A DNA stretch of 5,957 bases, taken from positions 1-5,957 of IMG/VR virus record IMGVR_UViG_3300020029_000141; one strand, 5' to 3'. A program made the translations under genes and the position numbers. Of this stretch, positions 4,337 to 5,957 are shown in pieces. The DNA is from a virus. Each line of letters starts with the position of its first letter. The stretch's first letter is position 1. The notes under the pieces were generated by a model. It saw only the letters and a list, made by a program, of their open reading frames with translations. It did no database searches and had not been told where the DNA came from.

Positions 4337-5957
4337 TTAACGGTTAGACAAACGGGTTGCAAAGGTCTTGTTAATGAGATTCTTCTTCTGAACGGCATAC
4401 GACATGTTAACAAAGAAGTTATCCTCGGCGTCAGAAGGGAAAGGCGAATTAACCTGCGACATATCCACAAAAAGAGCAGGAGCATAATCAGCCTTCGAAG
4501 GCCAATAAGACGACCAATTCAAGGAACGCTGCTGTACCCAATAAGAATAAAGCGGTCCTCCAGATACATTGCCTTGAGGCGAAGATATCTGCCCGAGCAC
4601 CTCGTCATAAGAAGATCGAAATTCGTTAAAACAGGGTTCTTGGCAAAACGTAGACTCGACCACACCGCCGATAAGATTAGCAAAACGCCAATTCGGAAGA
4701 GATTGATAACCAATATCGTTGTAGATAGGGTTAAAGTAGTCCGAGCCTCTGTAATTCAAATAGTCCGGCTTAATTTGCGACCAATAATAAACAGGGCGAA
4801 TGCTCAACATGTCGATCATATAACCGGGCTCGCGGAAATAGTACGACTGACGACGACCGAGCCTAGTATTGAAAGCAATAGCACCACCTTGCTGGCCAAG
4901 CGGACCATTTACCGAAGAACCGCCAAAATTGTTCTGTCCAGCCTGATTCATGACGACCTGAACATTGACAGTCTGCGAAGCCGAAAACAAGAGTTTAGGC
5001 CGATCAACGTGCTCAATCTTCGACGCGAAGAACGTTTCCAACCAATCACTATAACGATTGCCACCTGCACCTAACAAATCCTTGTATTCCTGGAGACGCG
5101 AAGCAATAGCCAACTGCGGGATAGTAGACACGCCGGTCATCGAAACCGCAGAACTAGAGCCGATTGGAAGAAGGCGGCTAAATCGATCGGGATTTGCGGG
5201 AACAACGGCCATGGGATGCGCTAAATTAAAAACAATAGGCTCGGCAAGTCCTTTAGTCTCATCGATGGAATTAAACTGATCGAGAGGAGCCTCGCTACCC
5301 CAAACGGCAAGAGTATTGGATACAGCTTGCACGGGATAACCGTTTCCGGACGCTCCGGCAGCAGCACCTGTAGAAGCAACATCAGATACAATAATCTGAC
5401 GGAAAAGATTCGAGCGACAATAAGTTCCATTCGACGACTGAACAGCGGCAGGATAAAACTGGCTCTCAAAATAAGCATCGAGGAACTCAAGGTTTCCGTA
5501 GCGCTGCTGAAAGAGCGAATCATTCCCGGGCCACGAAGGCGCGAACGAAGCATTGGCTGCGGTGGTGACTCCGCTAGCCGTATAATACCAAGAGGCAGGC
5601 CAAGCGAAAGAATATAAACCCCACTGCGAATAACTATAGTAGTTACGGACGATATCCCAATAAGCGAGATAGGTATCCGCATTAGACCATACACCACCGA
5701 GGATGCTAGCAGGAAGCGCAACACCGGAAGTAGAAGCGGAAGTGGTGTAATTAACGGATCTATTAGAAACACGAAGCCAATACATCAAAGAGTTGGTGAA
5801 AGTCGATGTTACAGAAGGGGTTGCACCAGAACCAGGTACACCGGGAACAGCGTTAATCCAATTCAACGACAAATCATTCATATCAAACTTACTGCTATTC
5901 GTCCGAAGTTCGGGGTGATACAGCTGAAGCGGCACCCAAAAACGATGAAGGCGAACA
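4337..5957 (-). CDS. VP1: Major capsid protein (Microviridae VP1/F), 3' part; unique portion 4337-5836, plus the redundant 121 nt; whole gene 1824 nt = 607 aa
   Basis: It is the largest ORF, with TAA stop at 4337-4339. The track's first M at 5933-5935 is a GTG (Val) inside the longer frame. Size, composition and position directly after Rep are typical of the microvirus jelly-roll capsid protein. Confidence 0.93.
   Translation of the reverse strand, partial: VRLHRFWVPLQLYHPELRTNSSKFDMNDLSLNWINAVPGVPGSGATPSVTSTFTNSLMYWLRVSNRSVNYTTSASTSGVALPASILGGVWSNADTYLAYWDIVRNYYSYSQWGLYSFAWPASWYYTASGVTTAANASFAPSWPGNDSLFQQRYGNLEFLDAYFESQFYPAAVQSSNGTYCRSNLFRQIIVSDVASTGAAAGASGNGYPVQAVSNTLAVWGSEAPLDQFNSIDETKGLAEPIVFNLAHPMAVVPANPDRFSRLLPIGSSSAVSMTGVSTIPQLAIASRLQEYKDLLGAGGNRYSDWLETFFASKIEHVDRPKLLFSASQTVNVQVVMNQAGQNNFGGSSVNGPLGQQGGAIAFNTRLGRRQSYYFREPGYMIDMLSIRPVYYWSQIKPDYLNYRGSDYFNPIYNDIGYQSLPNWRFANLIGGVVESTFCQEPCFNEFRSSYDEVLGQISSPQGNVSGGPLYSYWVQQRSLNWSSYWPSKADYAPALFVDMSQVNSPFPSDAEDNFFVNMSYAVQKKNLINKTFATRLSNR
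5837..5957. repeat. Terminal redundancy, copy 2 (identical to 1-121)
   Basis: Same comparison as copy 1. Offset is 5836 nt. Confidence 0.95.

Noticed and set aside
79-5617. Long plus-strand ORFs: 79..330, 1125..1403, 1798..2106, 2116..2370, 2679..3311 (210 aa), 4574..5074 (166 aa), 5327..5617
   Set aside because: Each is in exact codon-opposed register with the minus-strand gene beneath it; the start offsets to the underlying frame are multiples of 3 (for example 3699-2679=1020, 4574-4337=237, 2095-1798=297). The minus-strand genes strongly prefer T-ending codons and avoid TTA/CTA/TCA. Those are the only codons that create stops in that antisense frame, so it stays open by composition alone. 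The resulting plus-strand codons begin mostly with A, giving K/N/I/R/T-rich shadow proteins. As far as I know, microviruses transcribe only one strand.
440-5772. Same-strand off-frame ORFs nested in core genes: 440..799 and 800..1195 in Rep, 2516..2752, 2780..3028 and 3335..3691 in VP2, 4103..4318 in the acidic ORF, 4519..4713 and 5221..5772 in the capsid gene, and 42..290
   Set aside because: The coding strand appears T-rich and A-poor, so stop codons are scarce in all three frames. The products are Leu/Phe/Ser/Ile-rich low-complexity strings, and at least one (800..1195) begins at GTG rather than ATG. phiX174-style overprinting (B, K, E) cannot be excluded from sequence alone, but nothing distinguishes these from compositional artefacts. 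Conservation of an open frame plus suppressed synonymous variation in relatives would be needed.
1-5957. Searched for an integrase or recombinase, dif-like XerC/D site, CRISPR repeats, toxin-antitoxin pair, a peptidase-type lysin, and GATC avoidance
   Set aside because: No ORF has recombinase or peptidase motifs that I can recognise. No 28-bp dif-like palindrome (about 11-bp arms with a 6-bp spacer) was seen in the spacers. There are no spaced direct repeats. GATC occurs roughly as often as expected by eye, with more than 20 sites.

Overview
The window is one complete circular Microviridae (small ssDNA phage) genome, given as the reverse complement of the coding strand. Bases 1-121 are identical to 5837-5957, so the unit genome is 5836 nt and the contig closes on itself. 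All credible genes lie on the minus strand. In transcription order they are: major capsid protein VP1/F (607 aa, wraps the window boundary: 324->1 joined to 5836->4337), an acidic 98-aa protein, a small signal-peptide/lipoprotein-like protein, the DNA pilot/minor capsid protein VP2/H (420 aa), two orphan small ORFs, a structured 176-nt intergenic region, a 65-aa ORF, and the HUH rolling-circle replication initiator VP4/A (356 aa). The VP4 stop lies 2 nt before the capsid start. None of the start codons I checked has a Shine-Dalgarno motif. One intergenic spacer carries a Bacteroides-type -33 TTTG / -7 TAnnTTTG promoter. The long capsid protein also fits an Alpavirinae-like phage with a Bacteroidota host; this is inference only. 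I see no known defence system, CRISPR array, tRNA or integrase. The parts worth follow-up are the unannotated accessory genes (lipoprotein-like candidate lysis or exclusion factor, acidic FD-repeat protein, AP2-like 65-aa protein coupled to Rep, two orphans) and two GC-rich structured non-coding elements. The many long plus-strand and off-frame ORFs in the track are explained by codon bias and rejected.
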